The position numbers and the translations under genes were made by a program. A DNA stretch of 64,000 bases from Eledone cirrhosa (lineage: Eukaryota): NCBI GenBank assembly GCA_964016885.1, contig OZ024742.1, positions 284,208,001 to 284,272,000 of the forward strand. Direction: 5' to 3'. Shown one piece after another: positions 63,734-64,000 of the stretch. The notes beneath the pieces are model-generated. The model was not told the DNA's origin. It did no database searches and worked only from the letters and a program-made list of their open reading frames with translations. Within the stretch, counting starts at the first letter, position 1, and each line of letters begins with the position of its first letter.

Positions 63734-64000
63734 CTGAAATTAAGAGGTAAAAAACAATCAGTAAATGATAAAAACTGCCCATGATTTTCAAATAATTAAG
63801 AATATTTGGAGCGATTTAGTAATATAACTAACTTTCTTGGTGTTTGGAGCATAACTCAACAAAGGTTGTTAAATTAAATTATGTAGGTTTAAATGTTAAC
63901 CCCTTAGACTTTAAACCGGCCATATTCTCTCACCTCTTTCTGTTCAAATCAGTTATAACCAGCCACTCATATTGATGTTAAGGTATTGTTCTCAAAATAA

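Overview
Repeat-dominated, AT-rich animal genomic DNA, most likely octopus or another coleoid cephalopod (inferred from the SINE/RTE repertoire and dense TA/TACA/CAT microsatellites, not from a search). Two host genes lie on the minus strand. One is the 3' half of patched (ten coding exons, 63733->56767, all phases consistent, plus a probable 3'-UTR intron). The other is a gene with two tandem CABIT domains (Themis/GAREM-like; large exon 39313->37350, exon 35236->35052, probable last exon 23337->23018). The rest is mostly mobile DNA: RTE-clade LINEs with a PHD-like insert, their tail-sharing SINEs, MetaSINE-like elements, CR1 and Penelope remnants, Helitron ends, piggyBac- and Tc1-type MITEs and minisatellites. 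The most unusual structures are: (1) a near-perfect 3.3-kb palindrome (13734-17058, 10-nt loop) with a Penelope-type minimal hammerhead ribozyme at each outer end, flanked by an inverted pair of near-identical RTE copies; (2) a nearly intact RTE whose two visible lesions could in principle be repaired by A-to-I editing, lying head-to-head with an antisense copy that covers both sites; (3) a ~20-unit tandem array of ~85-bp MITEs bracketed by Helitron-like termini; (4) a tandemly triplicated, internally deleted RTE derivative.
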